The position numbers and the translations under genes are program-made. DNA of 61,199 nt, filler included, from Globobulimina sp. (Eukaryota): the NCBI GenBank assembly GCA_003354225.1. It is 16 parts of 16 records of this genome, joined end to end, with 100 filler letters (N's around TTAATTAATTAA, not from the genome) between each part and the next. Parts side by side here need not be neighbours in the genome. Positions count along the whole stretch, not along the records: positions 34,498 to 38,227 come from PIVH01002184.1; positions 38,328 to 42,057 come from PIVH01002185.1; positions 42,158 to 45,886 come from PIVH01002186.1; positions 45,987 to 49,715 come from PIVH01002187.1; 12 more parts are not named here. The stretch is one strand, 5' to 3'. The notes below the pieces were generated by a model. The model was not told the DNA's origin and ran no database searches. It was given only the letters and a program-made list of their open reading frames with translations. Shown one piece after another: positions 36,252 through 48,293 of the stretch; the stretch's first letter is position 1, and the number at the start of each line of letters is the position of its first letter.

Positions 36252-37349
36252 ATGCATCGCATCAAACACACAGCAAACCATTTGTCCGCAATCACAAATA
36301 ACAATTTAAACAGTAAATACAGTGTACAAAACCAACCAGGTTTAGGTAAAAAAATTGCGTTAATAGGCAGTGGATTAATTGGTCGCAATTGGGCCGTATT
36401 ATTTGCACGTGCTGGTTATACAGTTTGCATGTATGACATATCAGAACAACAATTACAAAATGCAATAAAAGATTTGCGTGAATTTCGAGTTCCATTGTTA
36501 TCAAAATATGACATGTTATTTGGCTGTGGCATACAGGAGGTACTTGATCGCATTTCGAGTACAACAGATTTGGACAGAGCTCTTATTGATGCTATCCTTG
36601 TCCAAGAAGGTGTTCCCGAATCGATGGAATTGAAACAAAAAGTATTTAAAACAATAGCAGATGCATTGTATCGTGTAAATGGAGCAAATTGTAAAACGAT
36701 AATATCTTCGAGTGCCTCCACCATTGTACCAAGCAAATTAATTAAACAAATGGATGTTTTTCAATCACATTTAATTGTATCCCATCCCGTTAATCCTCCA
36801 ATGGCCATTCCTGTGGTTGAAATATGTCCATCGCCAACAACTGATAAAGATGTAATATTATCGACAAAACGTATTATGCAAAGTATTGGATTAAAGCCAT
36901 GTACAATGAAGAAAGAAGCTGAAGGTTTTATTGTGAATAGATTGCAATATGCATTGTTGCAGGCGGCCTATCAATGTGTGAGTGAAGGGATTGCGTCACC
37001 CGCCGACATTGATAAGTGTGTCAAAGATGGATTGGGACTGCGATGGTCTTTTATGGGGCCCTTTGAAACAATCCATTTAAATGCACCCAATGGAGTTAAG
37101 GATTACTGTGAGCGATATGTGTCCGCTTGTATTCATCCGGTATTATCACAAATGTTTAAACCAGATAAAGATGGCAATGACTCATATGAGAAATGGAGCC
37201 CTCAAATATGGAATAAAATACATAAAAATATGGAAGATAAAATATGTAAAGCTAGCGAAATTCCGACGCGATGCAATTGGCGAGACAGCAGATTGTTAAA
37301 TTTAGCTGTTCATAGAAGAGAACAAGATAGGAATGATCAGAAAATGTAA
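36252..37349 (+). CDS. CRYL1: Lambda-crystallin / L-gulonate 3-dehydrogenase-like 3-hydroxyacyl-CoA dehydrogenase family protein
   Basis: IGSGLIGRNWAVLFARAGY.V.MYD, QE.VPE, SSSAS, HPVNPP, GFIVNRLQYA, GLGLRWSFMGPFET.HLNA. Confidence 0.9.
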   Translation: MHRIKHTANHLSAITNNNLNSKYSVQNQPGLGKKIALIGSGLIGRNWAVLFARAGYTVCMYDISEQQLQNAIKDLREFRVPLLSKYDMLFGCGIQEVLDRISSTTDLDRALIDAILVQEGVPESMELKQKVFKTIADALYRVNGANCKTIISSSASTIVPSKLIKQMDVFQSHLIVSHPVNPPMAIPVVEICPSPTTDKDVILSTKRIMQSIGLKPCTMKKEAEGFIVNRLQYALLQAAYQCVSEGIASPADIDKCVKDGLGLRWSFMGPFETIHLNAPNGVKDYCERYVSACIHPVLSQMFKPDKDGNDSYEKWSPQIWNKIHKNMEDKICKASEIPTRCNWRDSRLLNLAVHRREQDRNDQKM

Positions 37350-37918
37350 TTTATAAATATTTTAATCAACGTTGACTAGTTTATATAAGAGTTCTTTTTT
37401 GTTTTTTGCAAGGACCATGACTACGTATATTTAACTTTTTTGGCTTATTAAAAGATATATCCCAGTGGATAACTTTGTCTTCGGTTTGCAAATCCAGAAC
37501 AAAGTCAGAACAAATTTATCCGGTGACGCAGTCGCCGTTATCCATTCCGAGTAAAATTAAAACAAATCAAATTTTTCAACAATTCTGAGTCATTCAGAAT
37601 CTGTTTTTTGGTTTGCGTATACAAATTTTGTTATGTAAACAAATTGTATTAATCGAATGAGCGTTAGGGCAGTTTAGGGCAGCGGCGAGGAGGGTGTATA
37701 TGTGAAATAAAGAATGAATAAATGGAACTACCAAATTTACAAACAAAAGAAAAAATATTAATTTGGTTTGGATAAATATGTTTTTCATTTTTATTTGTTT
37801 GTTTTTGATGTCTTTAATGTGAACATGGAACCTCCAGACTCTCCACCATCGATCATAGATTTAATGAATAATGGCAAGGTTTATTTTAAGTCGCAAGAAT
37901 AAAGTAAGGTATATGAAA

Positions 37919-38227
37919 TTAAATGGACAAGAATAACTTAACAGCAATTATAGCAAGAACAATGACAAATATTTTAGGTAATAAAAACACCAATAATGCA
38001 CGTGCAAATCTTAAATAGACCGTTTTTCTAAATGTTGTACCAATATTGGTTCTTGGGAATGGAATTTTTGGTGTTGGTGAATCTAAAAATGCACATAATG
38101 GCTCCCAACCATCTCTGACATCAAATATTAACAATTGATTTTCAGGAACAATTGATTTAATTTGTTTGAGTCTCTCTTCATAATATTCCTTTGCCCATTG
38201 TTTATCTGTTAAAAATTTATCAATATT
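37919..38227 (-). CDS. C-terminal part of the sulfotransferase-like protein, ending in a TM helix
   Basis: LLIFDVRDGWEPLCAFL..P.PKIPFPRTN; overlaps the terminal repeat. Confidence 0.85.
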   Translation of the reverse strand, partial: NIDKFLTDKQWAKEYYEERLKQIKSIVPENQLLIFDVRDGWEPLCAFLDSPTPKIPFPRTNIGTTFRKTVYLRFARALLVFLLPKIFVIVLAIIAVKLFLSI

Positions 38228-38327
38228 NNNNNNNNNNNNNNNNNNNNNNNNNNNNNNNNNNNNNNNNNNNNTTAATTAATTAANNNNNNNNNNNNNNNNN
38301 NNNNNNNNNNNNNNNNNNNNNNNNNNN

Positions 38328-38447
38328 TTTAATCTACCACCCGGATCCAGCGATGGATCCATTGACAACCTCACAGGGATGTTCCAGCAATCTGTGAGCC
38401 TGGAATCGGATCTCCGACCCGATTGAATTTTGTCCTACTACTACTAC
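38328..38447 (+). mobile_element. 3' end of the (TAC)n retroelement (copy E)
   Basis: Encodes FNLPPGSSDGSIDNLTGMFQQSVSLESDLRPD* (TGA 38424-38426), then ATTTTGTCC(TAC)4; aligns without gaps to the copy C peptide. Confidence 0.8.
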
Positions 38448-38521
38448 AAAAGAAGTGTTTAGAAGTGTGAGCCTAAAAAGTCAATTGGTTAGAACTCTGT
38501 ACTGTAGAAACCAATTAACTC

Positions 38522-38668
38522 AAGAGCATCCTGTCTTCAGCGTCAGATTTTTATTGGGGCAAGGTATAAGCAAACCGTTTCTGGTGACTGATAAAGGTAA
38601 AAACAATATAGGTTTGCCTTCGTTTCTCAGAAACAATAAAAATCTGACGCTGAAGACAGGATGCTCTT
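38522..38668. repeat. Perfect 35-bp inverted repeat with 77-bp spacer
   Basis: AAGAGCATCCTGTCTTCAGCGTCAGATTTTTATTG (38522-38556) and its reverse complement (38634-38668). Confidence 0.9.
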
Positions 38669-39150
38669 TTAATTGTAGAACATTCCGTGGTTATGGCGCT
38701 GGATTTGTGGGTTTGGGAGGCGATATGAGGGTTTGGGAGGTGGATATTGCTTTTGGGAGGAGGGTGAGATGCAGATGAGGAAGGTGGATATGGTGGAGGA
38801 AGGGTATGGAGGAGGTCGAGGAGGAGGAGAAGGCGGAGGTTCGTCTTCGTATCATATGCGAGCGAACCGAGCCATTTACTAGCAAATTCATCGTGATGAT
38901 TGCTCATTGAGAGCATCTTATTAAATAAGATTTGGGTTCAAATCCCAATCATCACGTTTTTATATTTTTATTTTAATTAGTTTTTTTAAAGTAAATTAAG
39001 GTTTTTTCCAATCGTGTGCGTGTTTTCGTTTCCATTTTATACCATCAATAAAACGGAAACGTTTCTATTTTAGTAGGTAGTCAAATAAAAGTTTTTTATA
39101 GGCGTTTTTTGGAATAAATATATATAGTATTATTAATAGAGTATAATGTT

Positions 39151-40116
39151 TTAATTATTCGACAGAGAAACATGTAACTCTGGAACTTGAATTTCAGATT
39201 TGCTTTTAACAGGTTCTTGCTCGATTTGCTTAATTCTGTTTGTAATAATATACTTTATCCGTTGATCAATACAATTACAACAAATACTATAGCATTTCTT
39301 CCCTGCTTTGTTTTGTAAAAACAAACACCAAAATTTAATCGCATAATCCATTGATAATATGGCCGATGCCATGGCCCATGAATGGACAAAATCGCAGGTA
39401 AATAATATCAAAATAGAGAGTACCACACAAAGTGTTGTCACCATTGAAAGAAAGGATAATAAGGCATATTTTGCGGTGGCTTTCAACATTTGAGTGTCTA
39501 TAGTCGTTTTTGAGTCGGTTGCAAATTGAGTTTCTGCTGGAAACGTTTTTCTCGGTATCATCAAAGTATGCATTCTCTTAAAAAATTGGAACAGCATTGT
39601 AGTGTAAATAATAAATATAACCACAACGGAAAAAAATACAATGATTCGACCAATTTGCAATAGCAAAGAGATGGGGGAATAACGAAACGTAAAATATATT
39701 GCCATACCAATGCATAGACTCGTTATCGATGCAATCACTGCATGTTTTAATTTGGTATATAGCGGTTTAGGTACTTCCAAACTGGTTCCTATAAACACGG
39801 ATTTCAATCTGTTAAGCATGGCCACTGTAAGGATTAATTGTTGTGTTACGTAAAATATGCTGAAAATAGTTCCAAACACTTTCCATAATGATTGGTTGAA
39901 ATAACATGATGAAATCTGTAATATTAATGATATTGAACCAAATACCACACAAAGCGCAACCGATAGGAACGCACGGATAACAAATAGACGCATTTTTTGC
40001 ATGTTGCTTAGACCGTAACTTGCTACAACGATGACAGTGAAGATTAGAATTGAATGAAATGAGTATTGGAATGGAAAGAGTGCTTTGTCTGCAGCTGTAC
40101 ACATGTTTGAAGACAT
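39151..40116 (-). CDS. Seven-TM-like (GPCR-like) membrane protein
   Basis: About 7 hydrophobic segments and a Cys-rich juxtamembrane tail (CYSICCNCID). Confidence 0.65.
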   Translation of the reverse strand: MSSNMCTAADKALFPFQYSFHSILIFTVIVVASYGLSNMQKMRLFVIRAFLSVALCVVFGSISLILQISSCYFNQSLWKVFGTIFSIFYVTQQLILTVAMLNRLKSVFIGTSLEVPKPLYTKLKHAVIASITSLCIGMAIYFTFRYSPISLLLQIGRIIVFFSVVVIFIIYTTMLFQFFKRMHTLMIPRKTFPAETQFATDSKTTIDTQMLKATAKYALLSFLSMVTTLCVVLSILILFTCDFVHSWAMASAILSMDYAIKFWCLFLQNKAGKKCYSICCNCIDQRIKYIITNRIKQIEQEPVKSKSEIQVPELHVSLSNN

Positions 40117-40229
40117 ATTGTAAACGTTTCAGTAAAAAACAGTTTCTCAAATCCGACCTTACTCTTTTTTTTTAGTTTACTTCAACAAAAATTCTCTGAA
40201 CGAAACTGTATCTGTATTTACAATTTGTT

Positions 40230-40667
40230 TTAATTTATGGCCAATAATTCAACTTCAAAAAGCAAGTCTTGTCTTGGTCCAATGGCTCCCGCAGCACCCT
40301 GAGTGCCATAACCGTACGTCCATGATATCTCTAAATTCGCTTTTTGTCCTAAAGACATTTGTATTACACCTTCATCCCAACCCTTTATAACCTGACCTTC
40401 TCCAATCACAAATTTGAATGGCCTGCCTTTTAAACGCGACGAATCAAACGTTTTGCCGTGGTTTGGTCCGCCATGATTTGTTCCAACATAATGCATTGTT
40501 AAATAGTCTCCAGATTTTGGATATGTTTGATTGTCACCATCCGATATTGATACTACCTTTACTCCATCCATAAAAGGTTCAATATTTGAGTAATCCACTT
40601 GTTGTTGCTGTTGTTGTTCTTGTTGTCCATCACTTTCATTATCATTACTACTCGAGGCACAACCCAT
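40230..40667 (-). CDS. FKBP12-type peptidyl-prolyl isomerase with N-terminal MGC extension
   Basis: GV......GD..TYPK.GD...MHYVG...GKTFDSSR....PFKF.IG.GQVIKGWDEGV.QMSLGQKA...YGYG..G...I.P...L.FEVELL. Confidence 0.93.
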   Translation of the reverse strand: MGCASSSNDNESDGQQEQQQQQQVDYSNIEPFMDGVKVVSISDGDNQTYPKSGDYLTMHYVGTNHGGPNHGKTFDSSRLKGRPFKFVIGEGQVIKGWDEGVIQMSLGQKANLEISWTYGYGTQGAAGAIGPRQDLLFEVELLAIN

Positions 40668-41248
40668 GATTTTCTTTTGGCAAATAAAGTTTTTCACTCT
40701 TTTTGTATCCTCACTATTTTTGGTTGCTTGGCTTCTACACGCTTGAATTTATGAAAACACCAAATTATTTAATAATAGAAACATGTTTTGGTCCTTTTGA
40801 AGATCATTTGTTTTATTTAATATTTATGAGAGTAATAATTTAGTCATGATCAATGATATATGATTGCGGATAACCAGCCATAAATGCAAAAAAGTAATTT
40901 TTTTTTTCCTATTGACGAGCCAAGTCTTGTGCTCAAATTAAAATAAATAAGTGGCACCACCCGTACCTGATAAACGTTTTGTAGCTACAACGAAACAAAT
41001 TTCGTTATAGGTACATTTAAAAAGACACACCAATCAAAAAAAGAAAACATAAAACAAATATTGGATTGGTTGTTATCATAAACACAAACGCAACATACAA
41101 ATCATTCAAATCAAAAACGAAGTTAATATCCGGTGCAATTACTTTAATCTAAAATGATTTTTTAATGTTTTGGTTGTGTTAAATTTATTACTATATATTA
41201 TTATTTATAAACTATAATAAAGCATAAAAACATTGATTTTAATATAAT

Positions 41249-42057
41249 TTATTGAATTGTAAAATGATTTTTTAATGATATAATAATATTTTTCTTAATA
41301 AACATCGAAAATTTTGCATAAAAATTGTTTTTCTCAATCATAATATCTAAATTCGTATTATTTTTCAGTCGGCTTAATTTATAATTCATTGCTACATTAC
41401 ATATTTGTTTCACTTTCTTGCTCATTCCACCCAAACTGTCAAATGCCAATGGTATGAATTTATAACCATTTAATAAGTCCGATTCTAATCTTTCTTCATA
41501 TTTTCTATATTTATCTTTCTCGCCAATTTTGCCCGCCATAAAGTGTGATATATTCTCATTCTCTGTATTTAATTTATTTTCATTGCTATAAATATCACTA
41601 ATAATAACGTCTAACATTACTTTGCTAAACTTGCCTTTTTCATATTCAATACTATTATGTACCCAAATATCCGGTTTCTCACTGATTTTTTCTTTTTTTC
41701 TTGATTTTGTTTCATATGTTACGTCCTCAAATTCTGTCTCAAATACTCTAAATAGATAATATGCAATTTCATCGTGCCTGAAATGATGTGCTTTGGGCCC
41801 AAATCTGCATTTATTTATATGCTCAATCACGTGCTCGTTGTGTATATGTTCGTGGCACTGATTACAAATAACTTTCTTATTCTTATCAATCAACGATAAG
41901 CCATACAAAATACGTATAATTAAATTCCAATTGTTATTTTCCATAAACATCTCATTCAACCAATCAATGCCAATAATATTATTAATAAATGCCATACTTT
42001 TATTTGATCTCCTCGCATTCATCAAAATTCTCTTTCTGATACTTGCTTTATTAAATA
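41249..42057 (-). mobile_element. C-terminus of a CRE/R2-group non-LTR retrotransposon ORF (CCHC knuckle and restriction-like endonuclease)
   Basis: CNQC-x11-H-x3-C, RHD, KPD, LDV, K..KY, FIPLAFDSLGG. Confidence 0.85.
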
Positions 42058-42243
42058 NNNNNNNNNNNNNNNNNNNNNNNNNNNNNNNNNNNNNNNNNNN
42101 NTTAATTAATTAANNNNNNNNNNNNNNNNNNNNNNNNNNNNNNNNNNNNNNNNNNNNTGTGTTTGTTATAACGACGTCGGAATAAATTTATAATTGAATT
42201 TTCTGTATACAAAGAGGGGGGTTATCTTTTGGAATATATCGTT

Positions 42244-42307
42244 AATAAAAACATTGTATACAATGCCTTGACCAGAATAAAAACACTGTATACAATGCAT
42301 TGGCCAG
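42244..42307 (+). repeat. Two-copy 32-bp tandem repeat; first unit contains the palindrome CATTGTATACAATG
   Basis: AATAAAAACATTGTATACAATGCCTTGACCAG / AATAAAAACACTGTATACAATGCATTGGCCAG. Confidence 0.85.
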
Positions 42308-42397
42308 AATGGAGAGATAAAATACAGTGCGGTTCTCACTGAATTGTACTACATTCTTGAATCAATCTTTATTTGTTTTTAATATCAAAATATAAAA

Positions 42398-45300
42398 GTA
42401 CCGACAACCGGCAGTCCAACGAGATCCAATGTTATCAGAGCTATTTGGTCAAGTTCTTATTTAGAGATACATATTCATATAAATATTAGTTTTATAACGC
42501 CGCTAAATTCATTATGTGATGATATATTTGATACAGAGACAAATGTGTTGTTAACTGGTTCAATTTGTTCATGGAACGGTATGACAAACAGTCTTATTAT
42601 ACATTTATCGTCGTCATCGACCATTGGAACAAATGATATAATGACGATTAATAATGGCTCATTCGAGTGGAGTGAAGATGGTGCCACTTTTTTTATATTG
42701 GAAAAAGAATCGTTTTATATCGAAGCTTCTTCAAATCCAAAAGAACCATTGATTTTATTGATTGATTATCCGAATGAGATTGGACTATGCGCTCCGTTGC
42801 TGTTGGATGCCAGTTTGAGCACAAATTTAGGCGGAAGAGAGGCTGAACAGATCCTATGGGAAATTATGATAAATAATGATAGAAAATATAGATTTAATGA
42901 TACGTATTTTATATTAATGAATCATAATGACATTGATCCAGGATCTAATATCTCATATTCAATAAATATTACATCGTGGTATGGGGAATCGAATTATTTT
43001 GCTGGCAAAATTATTAAAGCATCGAGCGTAATCCCTCAAATATATCTTTCTGGACCGAATATATTCGATGCATTTACTGATAAAGTGCAAATTGAAGGGT
43101 TTATATCTTTCATCGATTCATGTTTAAATAATTCAAATAATCCGTTATTATCATTAAGATATTCGTGGAGTGTATCGAATGCAATAATTGACGGAGAGAT
43201 AAGGGATGATATAAAATATAATAATTTGGTCTCATTTCTAGCAGCACAGAATGATAATTATTTAATGTTAGATAGACCTACGTTTCTACAAAAAGGCGTA
43301 AATTATGTTTTTAAATTAGATGTTGAATGCCTTGGTGATTTTGATTGTTTCACATCAAATGTATTCTCGTTAGATTATAAATATTCTGATATTCAATGTC
43401 AAATATCTGGCGGGAATAAAAATATTGATTTACCAATCTCTAATATATTAGATTTAGATTTAGAATTAATAGGTAATGAATATACATTTGATTATGACGG
43501 TAATATATTGTTATTTGATTGGGAATGTTCTGTAGATTGTAATTATATCATCGCACCGTCCTTATCATCACCAATCATTAATATGCGGCTCAATACGGAG
43601 ACATTCGTTGTCAATGAAACGTATACTTATCAATTTACATTAACTGTGCAAGATGCAAATGTTACATCGCGTGATTCGTGTCAGTCTGTGATAGATTTAC
43701 AGCTCAACATAATTGTAGATAACATAAATAATAGGGAATCTATCATAGTTTCAATATCTTCTACATCGACTTCAATAAATATTGATGACAGATTGAGGCT
43801 AATTGGCGATGTGAAATATATCGATGGAGCAAATTTAGAAGAAAATGTATTAAAACAACTGAGTTTTGAATGGAGAGAGATTGCAAATAAATTGAGTAAA
43901 AATGATATCTCAAATTTTAGGGTAAATACTGAAAATTCAATTTATTTAATATTAGAATCAAATTGTTTGACACCTGGAATGTTTTACGAATTTGAATTAT
44001 TGGTATTCGATTCAGATAAACGTAATATAAATATTCAAAATGCAACAGCTTCGATATTAATTTATGTAAAATCAGCACCATTAATTATTAAAAATAGTAT
44101 GCAAATCAATCCAATTTGTAACAAACAATTCAATCAATTTATCGATTCATTGACATATTTTGTTGATATTTCCTTTAAAGCCGAAGCCGAGTATATTCCT
44201 TTATGGTATCAAATTGATATGGAATTAAGTAACCAAAATGTTATATATTTACATTCTTATCCATTGACGCAATCGTATTTAACTAATATAATATTACCAA
44301 TTGACTGTAATTTTAGTGTATGGTCTCATGTTACCAACTTTAAAGGAGCCACAGCCTCAGAATATGTTAATTGTTGTACTCAAATATTACGTAATGATGA
44401 CAGTGATTGTTTTTCATATAAATCTGATGTTATTGATGTTTTTATTAATTCAAAAGAAATAAAAACGAATTCTGAAATTAATCGTTATATTTTTCAAACA
44501 TCATCGAATTTATTGCGTTATTTACCAAATATTAAAAACGCAGAGTGTTCATACAATCATTTCAAACAAACCTTAGACATTTTAGTATTATATTATAATT
44601 CATCATATTTTAACTTTTGTGAGACAAATAATTTGTTTGTTATTCAATTATCGCAGACATTATGGACATGGTTTAATGTTGGAATTGAAAATGAAGAATT
44701 TATTAAACGATTGTTAGCAACAACAGATATGGATTATTTTGGGAAAATATATGATTTATTGACTCAGTCATTAGATTCCTGCAGTACTTTAAGAGACATT
44801 CAATCAATGAAAGATTTGTCTGTTTCCACACAATCTGTCGTTACACATCAAGTTGCTGTATTTTATAAAAATGTGGATATAACCTCAAGATTATCTGTTA
44901 TGATAACAGATGGCGATAATTTTAATTTATTATACAACTTAGCAAATGATTTGGTACATATTTTGTCAACTTATTCGAAAATGGATAGTGATATTATCTC
45001 ATTGTCCGACATTTCGATTGAAACAATGGTTTTATTCATACAGAGAGTGTTATATTTGTCGGGATTAAGCGCCATTTCCATCAGTATTCCAACAGAAACA
45101 TTTAATATAACATTTGATAATTTTCAATTATTTACAATAAGAAATGATAACAATACCTTGGATACCATTATACAAAACATTGACATATTATTAGATATAA
45201 ATGGAGCCACACAATCAGATATAATATTGGTTGGGATATCGGTAAATTCAACATCAAATATAACATATCACGGTAATACAGACGAATGTTTATCAAATAT

Positions 45301-45886
45301 AGGAACATTGGATGGCGAAGAAATATCAATCACAGTCTTAAATTCATCAGCAACGGATATATTTATGGTGTTTCATGATGTATCACCTGATGACAATGTA
45401 GTGTGTGTGTGGTATAATGAACAGACAGAAAATTGGGACGCAAATGGTTGTAATACTACATATTTGGTTGAAACAGAAGCAGTAATTTGTCATTGTACCC
45501 ACCTCACTACATTTGCAACAATCAGAAGTCTCCAGGATGAATGTAGTAATATTTCCAATTTATATGTTCAAAATGATTTTACTGTTTACATCCTTTCAAT
45601 ATTCGGTGTATTATTTCTTTGTATATTTTGTTGGATTTTATTCAGATTACTTCGATTAAAATTGGTTTTTGGCGTAAAACATTTATGCCAAAAAATTGCA
45701 GTTCGAGTTGTATCATTGATTGCTTTTTTAGCATTAATTCAATGTTTCATATGTGTGGAATTATATGTATTCAGCGAACAATCATCAGACGAATTGACGA
45801 AATTCCATATTTCAGTATTAACTGTTTTGATGTTATTGCCTTTGTCATTTTATTATGTGGTATTTACCATAATTTTAATTTCATGG
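42398..45886 (+). CDS. REJ/PKD-like ectodomain, GPS(GAIN) and TM receptor (adhesion-GPCR/polycystin-like), partial at both ends
   Basis: LLLDASLS...GGR, YSWS, FDWEC, FEW repeats; GPS CVWYN..TENWDANGC...ICHCTHLTTFA; TM helices follow. Confidence 0.85.
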
Positions 45887-45986
45887 NNNNNNNNNNNNNN
45901 NNNNNNNNNNNNNNNNNNNNNNNNNNNNNNTTAATTAATTAANNNNNNNNNNNNNNNNNNNNNNNNNNNNNNNNNNNNNNNNNNNN

Positions 45987-47173
45987 ATATTTTCCTCAAC
46001 AAATTTGGTATAATTCAGTCCTCTTTGTCTCCAATCTTGCGGAGCCGGCTCATTCTTACAAAATTGATACAAATTAAATAATGGCACCACGGCGGATATA
46101 GTTGGAATTGCATAATAGCTTAATATGGGATATCTCATCCATTGCACCTGATTTCCATCTTCATTGCTTCCAGCAAACGCTTTGTAAAAATCCATAAAAC
46201 TCGCATCAAAAAATAAAAGTGCTGTATGACTGTTTACTGATAATATTCGACGAATAAATAACTCAGAATACCAATTTACTGTTTTAGCTTTCGTTGCCAT
46301 ATCGATTTTATTATCGGGATCAATACCATTTTTGCTTTAGTTATCAGAAAATTGTATCAATATAACAAGGAACAGACAGTTTAAATACCTCAAACGTGCC
46401 CAAACATTGCCATTTTTGGGCATAAAATTATCGTTCACATTGTATTCAGTGATTATAATATCGACGTCTCCATCAAACATATTTGTGAATTCTAGCAACG
46501 CTTCGAAGTTTTCAACAACATTTACAATATTACGGCCACCCGCTGTATATGGAATTACTCGATGCCGATTGTTATCGGATTGAGCTGTACAGTTTGGATA
46601 CTTTGCATTGAGCCAGTATTGGAATTGTTGTCCGTATGCGCTTTGGAGACCGCCCACATTGGTTCCCCCTGTCACAGAGGCACCGATGGTAACAATCGTC
46701 AAACATTTCTTTTCGTAGATGACGGATTTCAATATTTCATGTAAACGTAATGTATTCCCAACTATCGGCCTTGATTGGCGTAGCATGCTCTCTGTAATGT
46801 TAAACTCGCCGCGTGTAGGACGAGCACTTACTGTGATGGGGAATTGCTTTCTTATTTTCGAGGGCATTAAATCATAATACCACTGCAATCGCAACTCTTT
46901 CTTTGTTACTGCTGGAAGTACGCTTGCATTTGCTTGTCGGTATATTATTTTGGTTTCGTTTTTACATATTTGTGAGTTGCTTTTATTGCTGGCGATGGGT
47001 TGCAAGGTCTCACTATTTGTAATTAATTTTTGGATATAGGTTGAATGATTAGTGCTTGTAATTAGAATGTAAATTAGTACGAGATTCCATGCTAATGATA
47101 ATATGAATAATCGTGATGTGTTACAACACAAAATATTTCTTTGTGTGTGTCTTGATGTCAATGCTGTCTGCAT
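45987..47173 (-). CDS. Type II membrane SGNH/GDSL-hydrolase-like protein, 3' partial, with an intron near 46336-46388
   Basis: N-terminal TM; IVTIGASVTGG, AGG, DIIITEYNVND. Confidence 0.65.
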
Positions 47174-47230
47174 AACTGTTGAGTACAGTATGTGTTTTTT
47201 CTCGATTATCTAAAAAACATTTTTTTAAAC

Positions 47231-48045
47231 ATGGCATATCAACCACAAGAACAACAGTATACAGATCAACAACAGTATGTCGATCAACAACAATATGGAG
47301 ATCAACAACAACAACCTGATCAACAACAACAACCTGATCAACAAAATTATAATGATTATAACCATGGCCAGAAACAATATGGAGATAAAAATGAGCAATA
47401 TGATGATCAAAAACAGCAATATGGTGATCAGCAGCAACAGCAACAGCAACAGCAGCAAGAACAACAAATGTCAGCAGATTCTGGTTTTCAATGTTCAATT
47501 TGTTATAAATCATTTACAGCCGATCCACATACAAATGAAATTAAATATAAAACCATTGGAGATAAACATTTACATTTTGAATGTTTTAAATGTTGTAATT
47601 GTTTTAATTTAATTCAAGGCAAATTTAATATTAAAGATGATGGATCTTATTTATGTATAGATTGTATTTCGCAACAATACGGCCAAGACACTAAGATTGT
47701 GGCCATTGATAAAGATAAAGAAGCAGAACAATGTGTAGTTTGTAGCAAAGACTTAACCAAATCATGGTATATAATATACACTTAATTGTATTATTTCTGT
47801 ACTAAATATAAATTACTAGTATAAATATTTATTATTTTAATAGGATTGAGGGTGCAAAAGGTGAAAAATATCATAATTGGTGCTTTAAATGCATGTCTTG
47901 TGGTATGTGTATTGTGTAATGCTATTGTTTTATAAAATTAATTATGTATTTATTTATAGGTACTCCATTGTCCAAAGAACCGGACTATTGTGAATATGGT
48001 GGAAAAAATTATTGTAAACCATGTAGAACAAAGCTTTTTCATTGA
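47231..48045 (+). CDS. Two-LIM-domain protein with N-terminal DQQQY-type repeats; introns 47767-47843 and about 47903-47959
   Basis: CSIC...HFECFKCCNC...CIDC and spliced CVVC...HNWCFKCMSC...YCKPC. Confidence 0.88.
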
Positions 48046-48293
48046 ATTTAATTCTGTTATATTCTGTAAATATAATTATTTTAATGTTTTTGTTTCTAAG
48101 AACGCGACATATGATATGCATCTAATTCCATCGAAGCTCTATCATTTATCTATATATATCTTTTCCTTGTGTGCGATTAATTGTGCGCAGATAATGACAT
48201 ATCAAGATTCAAAATAATGAAGGCGACGCACCAGATCCTTGATTTAAAGATTTTCTTGAACTAAGCTAGTTAGCTTTACACTCACTTTAGAAA

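Noticed and set aside
37664-37681. TTAGGGC x2 telomere-like motif
   Set aside because: Only two interrupted units, internal to the contig
37826-37846. TCCAGACTC match to the retroelement core; also GAGTCAGACTC at about 32544 and 60524
   Set aside because: Matches of 9-11 nt with no flanking similarity or TAC tail; the 32544 one lies in coding sequence
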